NCBI GenBank assembly: GCA_944363565.1
Contig: CALVUI010000001.1
Span: forward strand, 408,075-472,074
Direction of reading: 5' to 3'
DNA: 64,000 nucleotides
DNA from: an uncultured Bacilli bacterium
Lineage (GTDB): Bacteria > Bacillota_I > Bacilli_A > RFN20 > CAG-826
Position 1 is the first letter of the stretch; every line of letters starts with the position of its first letter. The translations under genes were made by a program, and so were the position numbers. Below are positions 1-9,276 of this stretch, in pieces. The notes below the pieces were generated by a model. It made no database searches and was not told the origin of the DNA. It saw only the letters and a program-made list of their open reading frames with translations.

Positions 1-631
1 TCTCTCCCGAGCCGGAATAGCCGACGATCAAGCCGTCGACGTTGTTCTTGTAGCTTTTCAAGACCGAAAGGACGTAACGCCCATCCCGGTATAGGGGCTC
101 CTTGGCCGACAGATAGCCTTGGTATTTGAGGGCGGCATCCCGGGCCGAGGACAAAAGGGCGCTTCCGAGATTGCCCAAAGCCTTGCGGATCCCACTCAAC
201 GTACTTGAAGCGGCGTCCCTGACCTTGCCCCCTTCGTCGAAGGTCCTCTCGCAGGCCTTTTCGAGGATCCGGAGGTCGCTGACGTAAGAGAGGCGCGTCG
301 CCAAGAGGGAAGAAGGTTCGGCTTCCTTTAGTTTTTCCCGGAAGGGATAGAAATAACGGCAGTCCCCAAGGAAATTAGAGGCGAATTCCCCATCCAAGAC
401 CAAGCCCTTGTGGAAGCCCTTGAAATAGGGTCTGAGATCCAAACTTTCGGTCGGCCCGGTGAAACCTCCTTGGAGGAAGAGGCTTAAGGCCACATTGGAA
501 TTCGAAAGCTCTTCCCTAAGATCCCCGACCTCCTTGAAGGGGGCGAGATCCAGGCAATGGGCCTGCCCGCGCTCGGAAGAGCAGAGGGAGGCGAGGGAAG
601 ATAGTTGTTCTCCGTAACCCAATTCGTCCAT
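1..631 (-). CDS. mutS2: Endonuclease MutS2, N-terminal part (gene continues past the window edge)
   Basis: Minus-strand reading frame starts with ATG at 631 and stays open to position 1. It is absent from the ORF track only because it is truncated. The translation (MDELGYGEQLSSLASL...YRDGRYVLSVLKSYKNNVDGLIVGYSGSG) matches the conserved MutS2 N-terminal region, including the R-x-GRYV-PVK...G-VH-SSSG-type block. Confidence 0.6.
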   Translation of the reverse strand, partial: MDELGYGEQLSSLASLCSSERGQAHCLDLAPFKEVGDLREELSNSNVALSLFLQGGFTGPTESLDLRPYFKGFHKGLVLDGEFASNFLGDCRYFYPFREKLKEAEPSSLLATRLSYVSDLRILEKACERTFDEGGKVRDAASSTLSGIRKALGNLGSALLSSARDAALKYQGYLSAKEPLYRDGRYVLSVLKSYKNNVDGLIVGYSGSGE

Positions 632-657
632 AGGGGCCCTTAATTATAGGGTGTATT

Positions 658-666
658 TGCTATAAT
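658..666 (+). promoter_or_regulatory. Extended -10 element TGcTATAAT 6 nt upstream of the rnhC GTG start. The rnhC transcript may be leaderless.
   Basis: TATAAT at 661-666 is preceded by TGc at 658-660. The rnhC GTG start is at 673 with no Shine-Dalgarno (SD) sequence in between. Confidence 0.3.
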
Positions 667-672
667 GTCGCG

Positions 673-1566
673 GTGCCAACCATCGATCTTCCCCTTTCGC
701 GCCTCCAAGAAGTCGAGGGTTTTTACGAGGGAGAAAAAATCGACCTCGTCCCGCCCTACGCCCTGGCTTTTTATAAGGGCGAGGGCTTTACCCTCACCAT
801 CTATCTGAAGAAAGAGGCGGTCCGCCTCTACTTCCAGGGCCCGAAGGCCGATCAGGAAGCCGCCATCTGGGGTGAAGTAAAAGAAACCCCCGGCAAGAAG
901 TCGGCCAAGGCCTTCCGCCTCCTTTACCCGATGGAGGGTAGCGACGAAGTCGGGACCGGCTCCTTCTTCGGGGGCATCGCCGTCGCAGCGGCCCTCGTTA
1001 AGAAAGAAGACCTCCCCTATTTGAAGGAACTCGGGATCACCGATAGCAAGGAAATGGGGGACGAGGCCATCCTCCAGAGGGTCCCGCTTCTGGTCAAAAG
1101 GCTTCCCTATGCCTACTCTTATCTAACTCCCGAAAAGTACAACGAGGTCCACGACAAGTACAACATGAACGCCATCAAGGCCAAGATGCACAATGCCGTC
1201 TTGCTTTCTTTGCTCAAGGACCATCCGGGTGCCCACCTCTACATCGACCAGTTCATCCCCGAGGATTCTTATTACCGTTATCTAAATAACGAAAAGGAAG
1301 TGGCGAGGGACATCGTTTTCTCGATCAAGGGCGAAAAGGCCTTCCCGGCCGTGGCGGCCGCTTCCTGCATCGCCCGTTATTGCTTCTTGAAGAAAATGGA
1401 AAAAATGGACGCCCTCTATGGCGTCCACTTCCCCCAGGGGGCCGGTTCCGAGGTCCTTGATTTCGCCAGGACCTTCTTGGCCTCTCGTCCCGAGGCGGCC
1501 AAACTGACCTGCAAGCTGAACTTCAAGACCTACGAACAGGCCTTAATGAATCCAATACTTCCTTGA
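673..1566 (+). CDS. rnhC: Ribonuclease HIII
   Basis: 297 aa with GSDEVGTGSFFGGIAVAAA...ITDSKEM, the RNase HII/HIII catalytic block, and an N-terminal extension typical of RNase HIII. GTG start. Confidence 0.75.
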   Translation: MPTIDLPLSRLQEVEGFYEGEKIDLVPPYALAFYKGEGFTLTIYLKKEAVRLYFQGPKADQEAAIWGEVKETPGKKSAKAFRLLYPMEGSDEVGTGSFFGGIAVAAALVKKEDLPYLKELGITDSKEMGDEAILQRVPLLVKRLPYAYSYLTPEKYNEVHDKYNMNAIKAKMHNAVLLSLLKDHPGAHLYIDQFIPEDSYYRYLNNEKEVARDIVFSIKGEKAFPAVAAASCIARYCFLKKMEKMDALYGVHFPQGAGSEVLDFARTFLASRPEAAKLTCKLNFKTYEQALMNPILP

Positions 1567-2434
1567 AATAGTCCGGCAAAGGGGCCTCGAATTCCATCTC
1601 CCGCCCGTCGCGGGGATGTTTGAAGACCAGCTTTCCGGCGTGGAGCAACTGGCCATTTTGATAGAGTTTCCGATTGCCTTTCCCGTACAAGGGATCCCCT
1701 TCGACCGGATGGCCGATGTATTCGAGGTGGGCCCGGATCTGGTGGGTCCGGCCCGTGAGGAGCCTTAGTTCCAGGAAGGAATAGTCCTCGAACCGTTCCA
1801 AGACCTTGAAATAAGTGATGGCCTCCTTGCCGTCCTTGCCGACCACCTTGTATTTCAAGGGGTGGCTCGGGTCCCTGGCCAAGGGGGCGTCGATCTTGGC
1901 CTCGTCTTCGGCGATGCTCCCCAAAACGATCGCATAGTAGATCCGGTGCATCGAATGGTCTTCGAGTTGCTTCTTGAGTCCGTCGTAGGCCACCTTGGTC
2001 TTGGCGACGGCGAGTAGCCCTGAGGTGTCCTTGTCGATCCGATGGACGATCCCGGGTCTCGTGGCTTCGCCATAGAGGCTTTGCTCGCGGTAAAGGAGGG
2101 CGTTGGCCAAGGTCCCGGAGGGATGGCCGTTCCCCGGATGGACCAAAAGCCCCTGGGGCTTGTCGATGACCATGAGGTCCTCGTCTTCGTAGACGATCCT
2201 CAGCGGGATTTCCTCCGGAATGAGGGCGGAGACCTTTGCCTCCGGCTCCTCGTAGTCGATGAGGTCGCCTTCCTTGTAACTGGTGGAAGGCTTGGCCAAG
2301 ACCTTGCCGTTGAGGCTCACGAGGCCCTTCTTGATGGCCTCCTTGGCCTTTTCCCGAGGCCAAGTAAGGGACTTGGCCAGGACCTCGTCGAGGCGACGTC
2401 CCACCAAGGAAGAATCAGGCTTTAGGCGCGGCAT
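1523..2434 (-). CDS. rluD: RluA/RluD-family 23S rRNA pseudouridine synthase
   Basis: N-terminal S4 domain, HRIDKDTSGLLAVAKT catalytic-Asp motif and GRTHQIRAHL motif. Confidence 0.85.
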   Translation of the reverse strand: MPRLKPDSSLVGRRLDEVLAKSLTWPREKAKEAIKKGLVSLNGKVLAKPSTSYKEGDLIDYEEPEAKVSALIPEEIPLRIVYEDEDLMVIDKPQGLLVHPGNGHPSGTLANALLYREQSLYGEATRPGIVHRIDKDTSGLLAVAKTKVAYDGLKKQLEDHSMHRIYYAIVLGSIAEDEAKIDAPLARDPSHPLKYKVVGKDGKEAITYFKVLERFEDYSFLELRLLTGRTHQIRAHLEYIGHPVEGDPLYGKGNRKLYQNGQLLHAGKLVFKHPRDGREMEFEAPLPDYFKEVLDSLRPVRRS

Positions 2435-3023
2435 CTTCTTTCTTGCCTTCCTTCCTCTCCTTGATGTAGGCGATGACCAGATAGACGAGGAAGAGGATGA
2501 CCCCGATGGTCAGGCACATGTCGGCGACGTTGAAGACCGGGAAGGGGGAAAGCCAGTTGATGGTCGGACCGTTCGGCCCCCCTTGGAAATAGAACATCAG
2601 AAAGTCGATGACCCCGGAAAAGCCGACCGTCTCAGGCCAATAGAAGGTCCGGTCGATGAGGTTCCCGATGGCCCCGCCCAAACAGAGGGAAATGATGAGG
2701 TTAAGGAAAACGTCATGCTTTTTCCGGTAATGCCAGATGGCAAAGCCAAAGGCGATCGACATGGCCCAGGAAATCAGGATGTAGATGATCCGCATGGCCG
2801 GGACCTCGCCCCCGGCCCCGCCGGCGGCGCCGGTATTGTAGACCAGGGTGATGTAGAAGAAATTCTCGATGACCGGGACCGCTTCCCCGGGCCTTAGGCT
2901 ATTTTGGACCGCCCACTTGGTGGCCTGGTCAAGGACGACAAGCAAAGGGACGAGCCAAACGAAGGTCAGGAAGAAGGGACTGATCTTCTCCCAAAAGGCC
3001 TTCAGCCTTGGCAGCGTTTGCAT
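2415..3023 (-). CDS. lspA: Lipoprotein signal peptidase (signal peptidase II)
   Basis: Four-TM protein with NTGAAGG and FNVADMCLTIG motifs. It overlaps the rluD start by 20 nt. Confidence 0.85.
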   Translation of the reverse strand: MQTLPRLKAFWEKISPFFLTFVWLVPLLVVLDQATKWAVQNSLRPGEAVPVIENFFYITLVYNTGAAGGAGGEVPAMRIIYILISWAMSIAFGFAIWHYRKKHDVFLNLIISLCLGGAIGNLIDRTFYWPETVGFSGVIDFLMFYFQGGPNGPTINWLSPFPVFNVADMCLTIGVILFLVYLVIAYIKERKEGKKEDAAPKA

Positions 3024-5686
3024 AGTTTCCCTTCCTTCAGACCCTCGTAGTGGCGGCGGCAGCGCGGGCAGACCGTGCCCTGGGAGGGCATGACCTTGGC
3101 TTCCTCTTCGACCAATTCGAGCTTGGCGACCCCATATAGGCGCGCCCCTTCCTCGCTTCCGGCCTCCTTGAGGGCGGCCTTGAGCTTTTCGTCAGCGACC
3201 TTCAGATAGAGGTCGGCGTCGGCGAAGGAACCATAAAGCCCCTTGGCCCGTCCTTCTTCCAAAAGCCGGTTGGCTTCCTCGCGGCTCTTCTTGAAGGCCT
3301 CGTAGAGGGACAATACTTCTTCACTTGGCTTCTCGGGTTTTGGCATCCTCTCGAGTTGGAGGGAGCCCTTGTGTTCCTTGAGAGGCAAATTGGCGTAGAC
3401 CTCTTCCATCGTGAAGGGCAGGATCGGATTGAGTAACCGGGCCAGGTCGTAGGCCGCCTGGAAAAGGACGTCCTGGATGGCCTTGCGCCTTGGACTGCTC
3501 GGAGCATCGCAATAGAGGATGTCCTTGCTGATGTCGAGGTAGAAGCCCGAGAGGTCGCTGACCAGGAAGGACATGGCCTTCGAGAGGACCCCGGAGAAGT
3601 CGAAGCGTTCATAGCGTTCGAGGATCTCGCTTTCGCATTCCTTTAGTTTTTCGTAGATGAAGGAATCGGCCAGGGAATATTCGTATTTCCCCTCCTCGTG
3701 GACATAGGCCTGCCCCCCGTCTTGGAGGTTACCCAACAAAAAGCGGAAGGTGTTGCGGAGCTTGCGGTAGGTCTCGCTCACGGCCTTCATGGCCGTCTCC
3801 CCCATTTTGACGTCGCTTCTGAAGTCGACGCTCGAGGAGTAGAGGCGCAGGAGGTCGGCCCCCATTTCGTTGGCGACTTTGCTGGGATCGACGCCGTTGC
3901 CCTTGCTCTTGCTCATCTTCTGCCAGTTCTCGTCCATGACCCAGCCATGGGTCAGGCAGACCTTGAAGGGAGCCTTCCCGGTCAGGGCGACCGAAAGGGT
4001 CAGCGAGGCGTTGAACCAACCGCGGTACTGGTCGTTGCCCTCCAAATAGAGGTCGCTGGGGAAAGGCAAGCCGCGTTTCCTGAGGACCGCGTTCCAGGAG
4101 GAACCGGAGTCGAACCAAACGTCCATGATGTCGGTTTCCTTCCGGAAGTTCCCGTTCGGCGATAAGGCGTTCTTGTAGCCCGGCGGCAAAAGCTCGGCGG
4201 CTGAGAGTTCGTACCAGGCATCGCTTCCCTTTTCTTTGATAAGGTCGGCGATATGGGCGAAGACTTCCTTCTCCAGAATGGGCGAACCGTCTTCGTTGTA
4301 GATGATGGGGATGGGAACGCCCCAGGCCCGTTGGCGGCTGATGCACCAGTCGGTCCGATCCTTGACCATGTTGGCCATCTTCATCTCGCCCCAGGAAGGA
4401 TCCCATTTGACCTTCTTGATCTCGCCAAGGATCTCGTCCTTGATCGGAGCGATCGAGCAGAACCACTGGGGGGTGGCCCTGAAGATCAGGGGGCAGCCGG
4501 TCCGCCAATCGTGGGGGTAGCTATGGACCAGGTCCTCTTCCTTGAGAAGAGCCCCGGCTTCCCTTAGCTCCTCGATGACCTCATCGTTGGCCTTTTCGTA
4601 GAAGAGTCCGTCGATCCGCTTGTCCTCGGGCATGTGGACGATGCCGCGCGAATCGACCGGGCAGAAGGGCTTGATCCCATAACGGAAGCTGACGTTGAAG
4701 TCGTCGACCCCGTGGTCGGGGGCGGTGTGGACGAGGCCGGTGCCGCTATCGTCGGTCACGAAGTCGGCGAGCAAAAACGGCGATTCCCGTTCGTACAAAG
4801 GATGGTGGGCCTTGACCCCTTCGAGCTCGGCCCCCTTGTAGGTGGCGATGAGGCGGCAGTTCGTTAGCCCTAAAGTTTCCTTTAATTTCTCCTCGAGGTT
4901 CTTGAGGAAGACCAAGGTCCCCTTGTCGGTTTCATAGACCCCGTATTCGAAACGGGGATTGAGGGTAATGGCGAGGTTGCTAGGAATGGTCCAGGGGGTC
5001 GTGGTCCAGATCAAAGCCTTGGAGCCTTCCGGCAGCAATCCCTTCCCGTCCTTGATCGGGAAGGCGACGTAGAGGGTCTTGACCGGGACGTCCTTGTAGT
5101 CGATCTCGGCTTCGGCCAAGGCCGATTCGCTGACCGGGGACCAATAGACGGGCTTGACGCCCTTGTAGATGAGGCCCTTGAGGGCCATCTCCCCGAAGAC
5201 CTCGATCTCGGCCGCTTCGAATTCCTTGTCCAAAGTCAGATAGGGATGTTCGTAGTTCCCGAGGACCCCGAGGCGGTGGATCTGATTGAGTTGTCTCTGA
5301 ACCTGGGTAAGGGCGTATTCCCGGCATTTCTTTCGGAATTCGACGATCCCCATCTTCTTGCGGTCGATGCCGCTTTTGGAAAGCTGGACCTCGATCGGGA
5401 GACCGTGGGTGTCGAAACCGAAGATGAAGGGCGTCTCGTAGCCCATCATGTTCTTGTAGCGGACCACGAAGTCCTTCAAGAGGCGGTTCAGCATATGGCC
5501 GCAGTGGATGTCGCCGTTGGCGTAGGGCGGCCCGTCGTGGAGGGTGTAGCGTTCCGGCCCCCGGCCTTCGTTCATCGATTCATACAAATCGAGTTTGTCC
5601 CATTTTTCCAGCAAGGCCGGCTCTTTCTTCGGGAGATTGCCCCGCATCTCGAAAGCGGTCTTGGGTAGTAAAAGTTCCTTTTCCAT
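3002..5686 (-). CDS. ileS: Isoleucine--tRNA ligase
   Basis: 894 aa with HIGH-type (HCGHMLN) and KMSKS (KMSKSKGN) class I signatures, the CP1 editing region and a C-terminal Zn finger (CPRCRRHY...CKRCQG). Confidence 0.95.
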   Translation of the reverse strand: MEKELLLPKTAFEMRGNLPKKEPALLEKWDKLDLYESMNEGRGPERYTLHDGPPYANGDIHCGHMLNRLLKDFVVRYKNMMGYETPFIFGFDTHGLPIEVQLSKSGIDRKKMGIVEFRKKCREYALTQVQRQLNQIHRLGVLGNYEHPYLTLDKEFEAAEIEVFGEMALKGLIYKGVKPVYWSPVSESALAEAEIDYKDVPVKTLYVAFPIKDGKGLLPEGSKALIWTTTPWTIPSNLAITLNPRFEYGVYETDKGTLVFLKNLEEKLKETLGLTNCRLIATYKGAELEGVKAHHPLYERESPFLLADFVTDDSGTGLVHTAPDHGVDDFNVSFRYGIKPFCPVDSRGIVHMPEDKRIDGLFYEKANDEVIEELREAGALLKEEDLVHSYPHDWRTGCPLIFRATPQWFCSIAPIKDEILGEIKKVKWDPSWGEMKMANMVKDRTDWCISRQRAWGVPIPIIYNEDGSPILEKEVFAHIADLIKEKGSDAWYELSAAELLPPGYKNALSPNGNFRKETDIMDVWFDSGSSWNAVLRKRGLPFPSDLYLEGNDQYRGWFNASLTLSVALTGKAPFKVCLTHGWVMDENWQKMSKSKGNGVDPSKVANEMGADLLRLYSSSVDFRSDVKMGETAMKAVSETYRKLRNTFRFLLGNLQDGGQAYVHEEGKYEYSLADSFIYEKLKECESEILERYERFDFSGVLSKAMSFLVSDLSGFYLDISKDILYCDAPSSPRRKAIQDVLFQAAYDLARLLNPILPFTMEEVYANLPLKEHKGSLQLERMPKPEKPSEEVLSLYEAFKKSREEANRLLEEGRAKGLYGSFADADLYLKVADEKLKAALKEAGSEEGARLYGVAKLELVEEEAKVMPSQGTVCPRCRRHYEGLKEGKLCKRCQG

Positions 5687-5695
5687 GACTTCCTC

Positions 5696-6787
5696 CTAGT
5701 CTTCGCTCAGGAAATCGGGCAAGACGTCCTCGACGATTTCCTCGGCCCCACTATGGGAGGCCTCCGGGAGGGGCGTCTCCTCCTCGACCCGGGGCCTGAG
5801 GCCCGGTTCGATCGGCTGCAAGATCCCCTTGCCCCCGTTTTCGAAGTGGGAGGCGATGACGGAAACGATGATGGTGTCTTCGAGTTGGGAATTGATGGAG
5901 ACCCCGAACTTCATGTCCAGTTCCCCGCCGGCCATGTCCTTGATCCGCCCGACGCAGTCCTGGGCCTCATAGAGGGTGACCCCGGTCCCGCAGGTGACGG
6001 CGCAGATGGCCTTCTTGGCCCCCGTGATCTTGGCTTCGAGCAAAGGATTGTTGATGGCATTGTCGGCGGCCTGGTCGGCCTTCTTGGGCCCGCGGCCCAT
6101 CCCAAAGCCGATGAGGGAGATGCCGCTCCCCTTGAGGGTATTGCGGACGTCGGCGAAATCGAGGTTGATGAGGGCCGGGACCAGAATCAAATCGGTGACG
6201 GTCCTCACGCTTTGGGCCAAGACGGCGTCGCTTTGGCTGAAGGCCTCGCTGATGGGGGCGTTGCCGCTGGAAATAAGCAAATTGTCGTTGCTCACCACGA
6301 TGATGGAGTCGGCGGCGTCCATGAGGTTGGAGAGCCCCTCGACGCTATGGGCGATCCGCTTTTCCCCTTCGAAACCGAAGGGCCGGGTCACGATGGCAAC
6401 GGTCAGGGCCCCGCATTCGCGGGCGATCGAGGCAATGACCGGGGCGGCCCCGGTTCCGGTCCCCCCGCCCATCCCGGCGGCGATGAAGACCATGTCGGCC
6501 CCCGAGACGATTTCCTTGAGGTCGTCGGCCGAGGCTTCGGCCGCTTGCTTGCCGACGGCCGGATCGCCCCCGGCGCCCAAACCCCGGGTGATCTTTTCGC
6601 CGAGGACCAGGCGGTTGGGGGCCTTGGAGGTCGAAAGGGCTTGCTTGTCGGTATTGGCGACCCAGAAGTCGACGTTTTGGATTTCCTCGTCGATCATGCG
6701 GTTGACGGCGTTGTTGCCGGCCCCGCCGACCCCGATGACCACGATGCGGGCCACCGCTTCGAAATTGTCTAAATCCTGATCAATCAT
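5696..6787 (-). CDS. ftsZ: Cell division protein FtsZ
   Basis: Tubulin signature GGGTGTGAAPVIA and an acidic C-terminal tail. Confidence 0.95.
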   Translation of the reverse strand: MIDQDLDNFEAVARIVVIGVGGAGNNAVNRMIDEEIQNVDFWVANTDKQALSTSKAPNRLVLGEKITRGLGAGGDPAVGKQAAEASADDLKEIVSGADMVFIAAGMGGGTGTGAAPVIASIARECGALTVAIVTRPFGFEGEKRIAHSVEGLSNLMDAADSIIVVSNDNLLISSGNAPISEAFSQSDAVLAQSVRTVTDLILVPALINLDFADVRNTLKGSGISLIGFGMGRGPKKADQAADNAINNPLLEAKITGAKKAICAVTCGTGVTLYEAQDCVGRIKDMAGGELDMKFGVSINSQLEDTIIVSVIASHFENGGKGILQPIEPGLRPRVEEETPLPEASHSGAEEIVEDVLPDFLSED

Positions 6788-6810
6788 GTTGGTTCCTTCT
6801 TTCTAAGACC

Positions 6811-8010
6811 CTATTCGCCCCGGGTCAAGGTCGAGAGGCGGTGCCCGTCGTCCCAGAGGGATCCCCGGTAGGTCGATGAGATGGAGAGCATGCCGAGCAA
6901 GGAAGCCATCGAAGGATCGACGGCCCCGACGGCGCGCGGTATGTAACGGATGAGGGGGTGGCTGCCCCGCGAGGTATCGAGGAGCTTTTCGATGCCGTAG
7001 AGGAGGCTTCCTCCTCCCCCGAGGACGATCGGGACTCCCAGCAGTTCCCTCGAGGCCTCGGTCCCTTGGGCCTGGCTGAGGGTCAGGATGGCATTGCTCA
7101 GATAGGTCGAGAAATCACGGAAGTATTCCTCGATGACGGCATTGAGGTCCTTTTGCCTGACCTTGAGGTTCCCTTCTTCACCCCGGCAAAGGATCGGCTG
7201 GTAAAGGGTGTTCCTGGTGTCGTAGCCGAAGTCTTCCTTGAGGTTCTTGGCTTCTAAGGGCGAAAGGCCGAGCAAGGAAACCAGACGGTCGTTCAGGTCG
7301 TCGCCCCCGTAATGGAAGACGCAGCTCGAATAAGGGCTGCCTTCGCTAAGGAGGCTGACCGAGGTCAGACGGGCCCCGATGTCGACGTAGAAGGAGGTCT
7401 TCGGCATCCTAGGATCGGCCTCGAGCAAGGTGGCGAAGAGAAAGGAATCGATGGCGGTCCTATTGACCCGGAAGCCGGCCTTGGCCACCGTCCGCTTGTA
7501 GGAGGAGACCAGTTTCTCCGGCAGGGTATGGACCTTGGCCTGGACCGAAAGGGAGACGGCCTTTTCCCCGATCGGGGGGTTCTTGTAATGGTCCTTGCCG
7601 TCAAGAGTGAAGAAATCGGGGACGATGTCGACGGTGGCGTTCCCGCCCGGGACGGCCTCGCGGTTGACGAGGGCCAGGACATTGCTGACGTCGAGGGTCG
7701 AGACGCTATCGGAGACGGTCTGGCTGGTCTTGACGTTTTGGTAAATCTCCATCCCGATGCAGGGCAAGACCAGGGACAGGGAATCGGCGTTGACCTTGAG
7801 GGAAAGGCCTTCGTCCTTGATCGAGGAAAAAGAGGCGATGACGCGGGCCACTTCCCCTTCGTCCTTGATTTCCCCGGCTTCGACCAGGCCAGGGGGAAGG
7901 GGACGTTCGTCGTAATACAAAACGGCCGGATCCTTGGAAGAGAGGCCGATCATGAACTTCACTTTGTCGTCGGCTATTTCCAGCACGGCGGAAGGGCGTT
8001 TGGCATCCAT
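6811..8010 (-). CDS. ftsA: Cell division protein FtsA (actin-like ATPase), divergent
   Basis: 399 aa, immediately upstream of ftsZ, with an actin-fold C-terminal GGGGSLL.GI motif. The N-terminal phosphate loop is diverged. Confidence 0.65.
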   Translation of the reverse strand: MDAKRPSAVLEIADDKVKFMIGLSSKDPAVLYYDERPLPPGLVEAGEIKDEGEVARVIASFSSIKDEGLSLKVNADSLSLVLPCIGMEIYQNVKTSQTVSDSVSTLDVSNVLALVNREAVPGGNATVDIVPDFFTLDGKDHYKNPPIGEKAVSLSVQAKVHTLPEKLVSSYKRTVAKAGFRVNRTAIDSFLFATLLEADPRMPKTSFYVDIGARLTSVSLLSEGSPYSSCVFHYGGDDLNDRLVSLLGLSPLEAKNLKEDFGYDTRNTLYQPILCRGEEGNLKVRQKDLNAVIEEYFRDFSTYLSNAILTLSQAQGTEASRELLGVPIVLGGGGSLLYGIEKLLDTSRGSHPLIRYIPRAVGAVDPSMASLLGMLSISSTYRGSLWDDGHRLSTLTRGE

Positions 8011-8081
8011 GGCGAAATTTTAATCTAGGCTATGCCTAAAGGGAAAGGAAATCGGTGGTTTTTGGTAATTTTCCGGTAAAG

Positions 8082-8109
8082 AAAACCCGCCGGGAGGCAT
8101 ACCGGCGGG
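8082..8109 (-). terminator. Rho-independent terminator or attenuator between the small membrane ORF and ftsA
   Basis: Minus-strand hairpin CCCGCCGG-tatgcctc-CCGGCGGG followed by TTTT. Confidence 0.45.
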
Positions 8110-8129
8110 GAAAGGAGGATGGAAACGGT

Positions 8130-8366
8130 CTAAAGTGGCAATTCGAGACGGTAGTCCTGACTGGTCGACGAACTGGTTTCCTCGTCCTTTGGGGCGGAAG
8201 TGAGCTGGGCGGCCGCCGCTTCCTCGGCCATCCGGTAGGAAATGCCGACCGGGATGGCGCTGACGCCTAGCAATGCCACGCCCAATAGACCGAAGAGGGC
8301 GAGGCGGCGGAACATGAAGTAACCGCGGCGGTGTCCGGTTTTTTCGAGTTTGTCTTTCATGGTCAT
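8130..8366 (-). CDS. Small single-TM membrane protein, possibly an FtsL-like division protein
   Basis: 78 aa with one predicted TM helix. Its start overlaps the rsmH stop (ATGA). It sits where ftsL occurs in mraZ-rsmH-ftsL clusters. Confidence 0.4.
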   Translation of the reverse strand: MTMKDKLEKTGHRRGYFMFRRLALFGLLGVALLGVSAIPVGISYRMAEEAAAAQLTSAPKDEETSSSTSQDYRLELPL

Positions 8367-9274
8367 TTCCTTTCTATCGCCCTGAGTTTCGCGCTTTTGG
8401 CGCGGGGATTGGCGATCATCTCTTCTTCGCTGGGAAGGATCGGTTTCTTGGTGAGGAGACGATAGGGGGCTTCTTCGGGCAATGGTCCGTCGATGCGGCT
8501 CCCCTCGATGACGGAGAGACTCTTGAAGGCATCCTTGACGAGGCGGTCCTCGAGGGAATGGAAGGAAATGACGGCCATGACGCCGCCTTCCCTGAGGAAG
8601 GAGGGCATTTCCTTCAGCATGGTTTCGAGGCTATCGAGTTCCCCGTTCACTTCGATGCGGATGGCCTGGAAGGTCTGTTTGGCCGGGTGGCCCTTTTTGA
8701 GGAGGCTTTTCTTGCTCTTCCCCTCCTTGATGGCCTCGACGAGGTCGAAGGTCGTCTTGAGGGGGCGGTGCTTGACGATGGAATGGGCGATGGAACGGGC
8801 TTCCCGTTCTTCGCCATAGAGGTAGATGAGGCGCGAGAGGGCGGCTTCCTCGTACTCGTTGACGACCTTTTCGGCCGTGAGGGGACTGGAAGTATCCATC
8901 CGCATGTCGAGGGGACCGTCGTAGCGGTAGCTGAAGCCCCGCTCCCCCTCGTCGAACTGGGGCGAGGAAACGCCGAGGTCGGCGATGATGCCATCGACGC
9001 CGTCGATTCCCATTTCCATGAGGATACTGGGGGCTTCGGCGAAGTTGGCGTGGATGAGGTCGAAGTTCTGGTAGCCGTTTTCGAGAAGGCGTTCCCGGCT
9101 TTCCCTGAGGGCTTCTTCGTCGAGGTCGAAGGCGATCAGGCGGCTGCCCTTGGCTTTTTCGAGGATGGCTAGCGAGTGCCCGGCCCGTCCGAGGGTCAGA
9201 TCGACGTAGGTTCCCTCTCTAGAAGGAAGGAGGCCGATGGTTTCCTCTAAGAGGACCGACTTATGCCCGGACAT
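8363..9274 (-). CDS. rsmH: 16S rRNA (cytosine1402-N4)-methyltransferase RsmH (MraW)
   Basis: 303 aa SAM-dependent methyltransferase with the conserved MraW fold. Directly follows mraZ. Confidence 0.9.
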   Translation of the reverse strand: MSGHKSVLLEETIGLLPSREGTYVDLTLGRAGHSLAILEKAKGSRLIAFDLDEEALRESRERLLENGYQNFDLIHANFAEAPSILMEMGIDGVDGIIADLGVSSPQFDEGERGFSYRYDGPLDMRMDTSSPLTAEKVVNEYEEAALSRLIYLYGEEREARSIAHSIVKHRPLKTTFDLVEAIKEGKSKKSLLKKGHPAKQTFQAIRIEVNGELDSLETMLKEMPSFLREGGVMAVISFHSLEDRLVKDAFKSLSVIEGSRIDGPLPEEAPYRLLTKKPILPSEEEMIANPRAKSAKLRAIERK

Positions 9275-9276
9275 CC

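Noticed and set aside
5753-6772. Long antisense ORFs, for example 5753..6772+ and 5976..6779+ opposite ftsZ, 1530..2363- inside rluD, 23047..24219+ opposite pulA, 61367..62656+ opposite alaS, 31474..32172- opposite deoC, and 8558..9172+ opposite rsmH
   Set aside because: They lie entirely within and opposite well-supported genes. Their translations are Gly/Arg/Pro/Ala-rich low-complexity sequence typical of GC-rich out-of-frame reading, and they carry no motifs.
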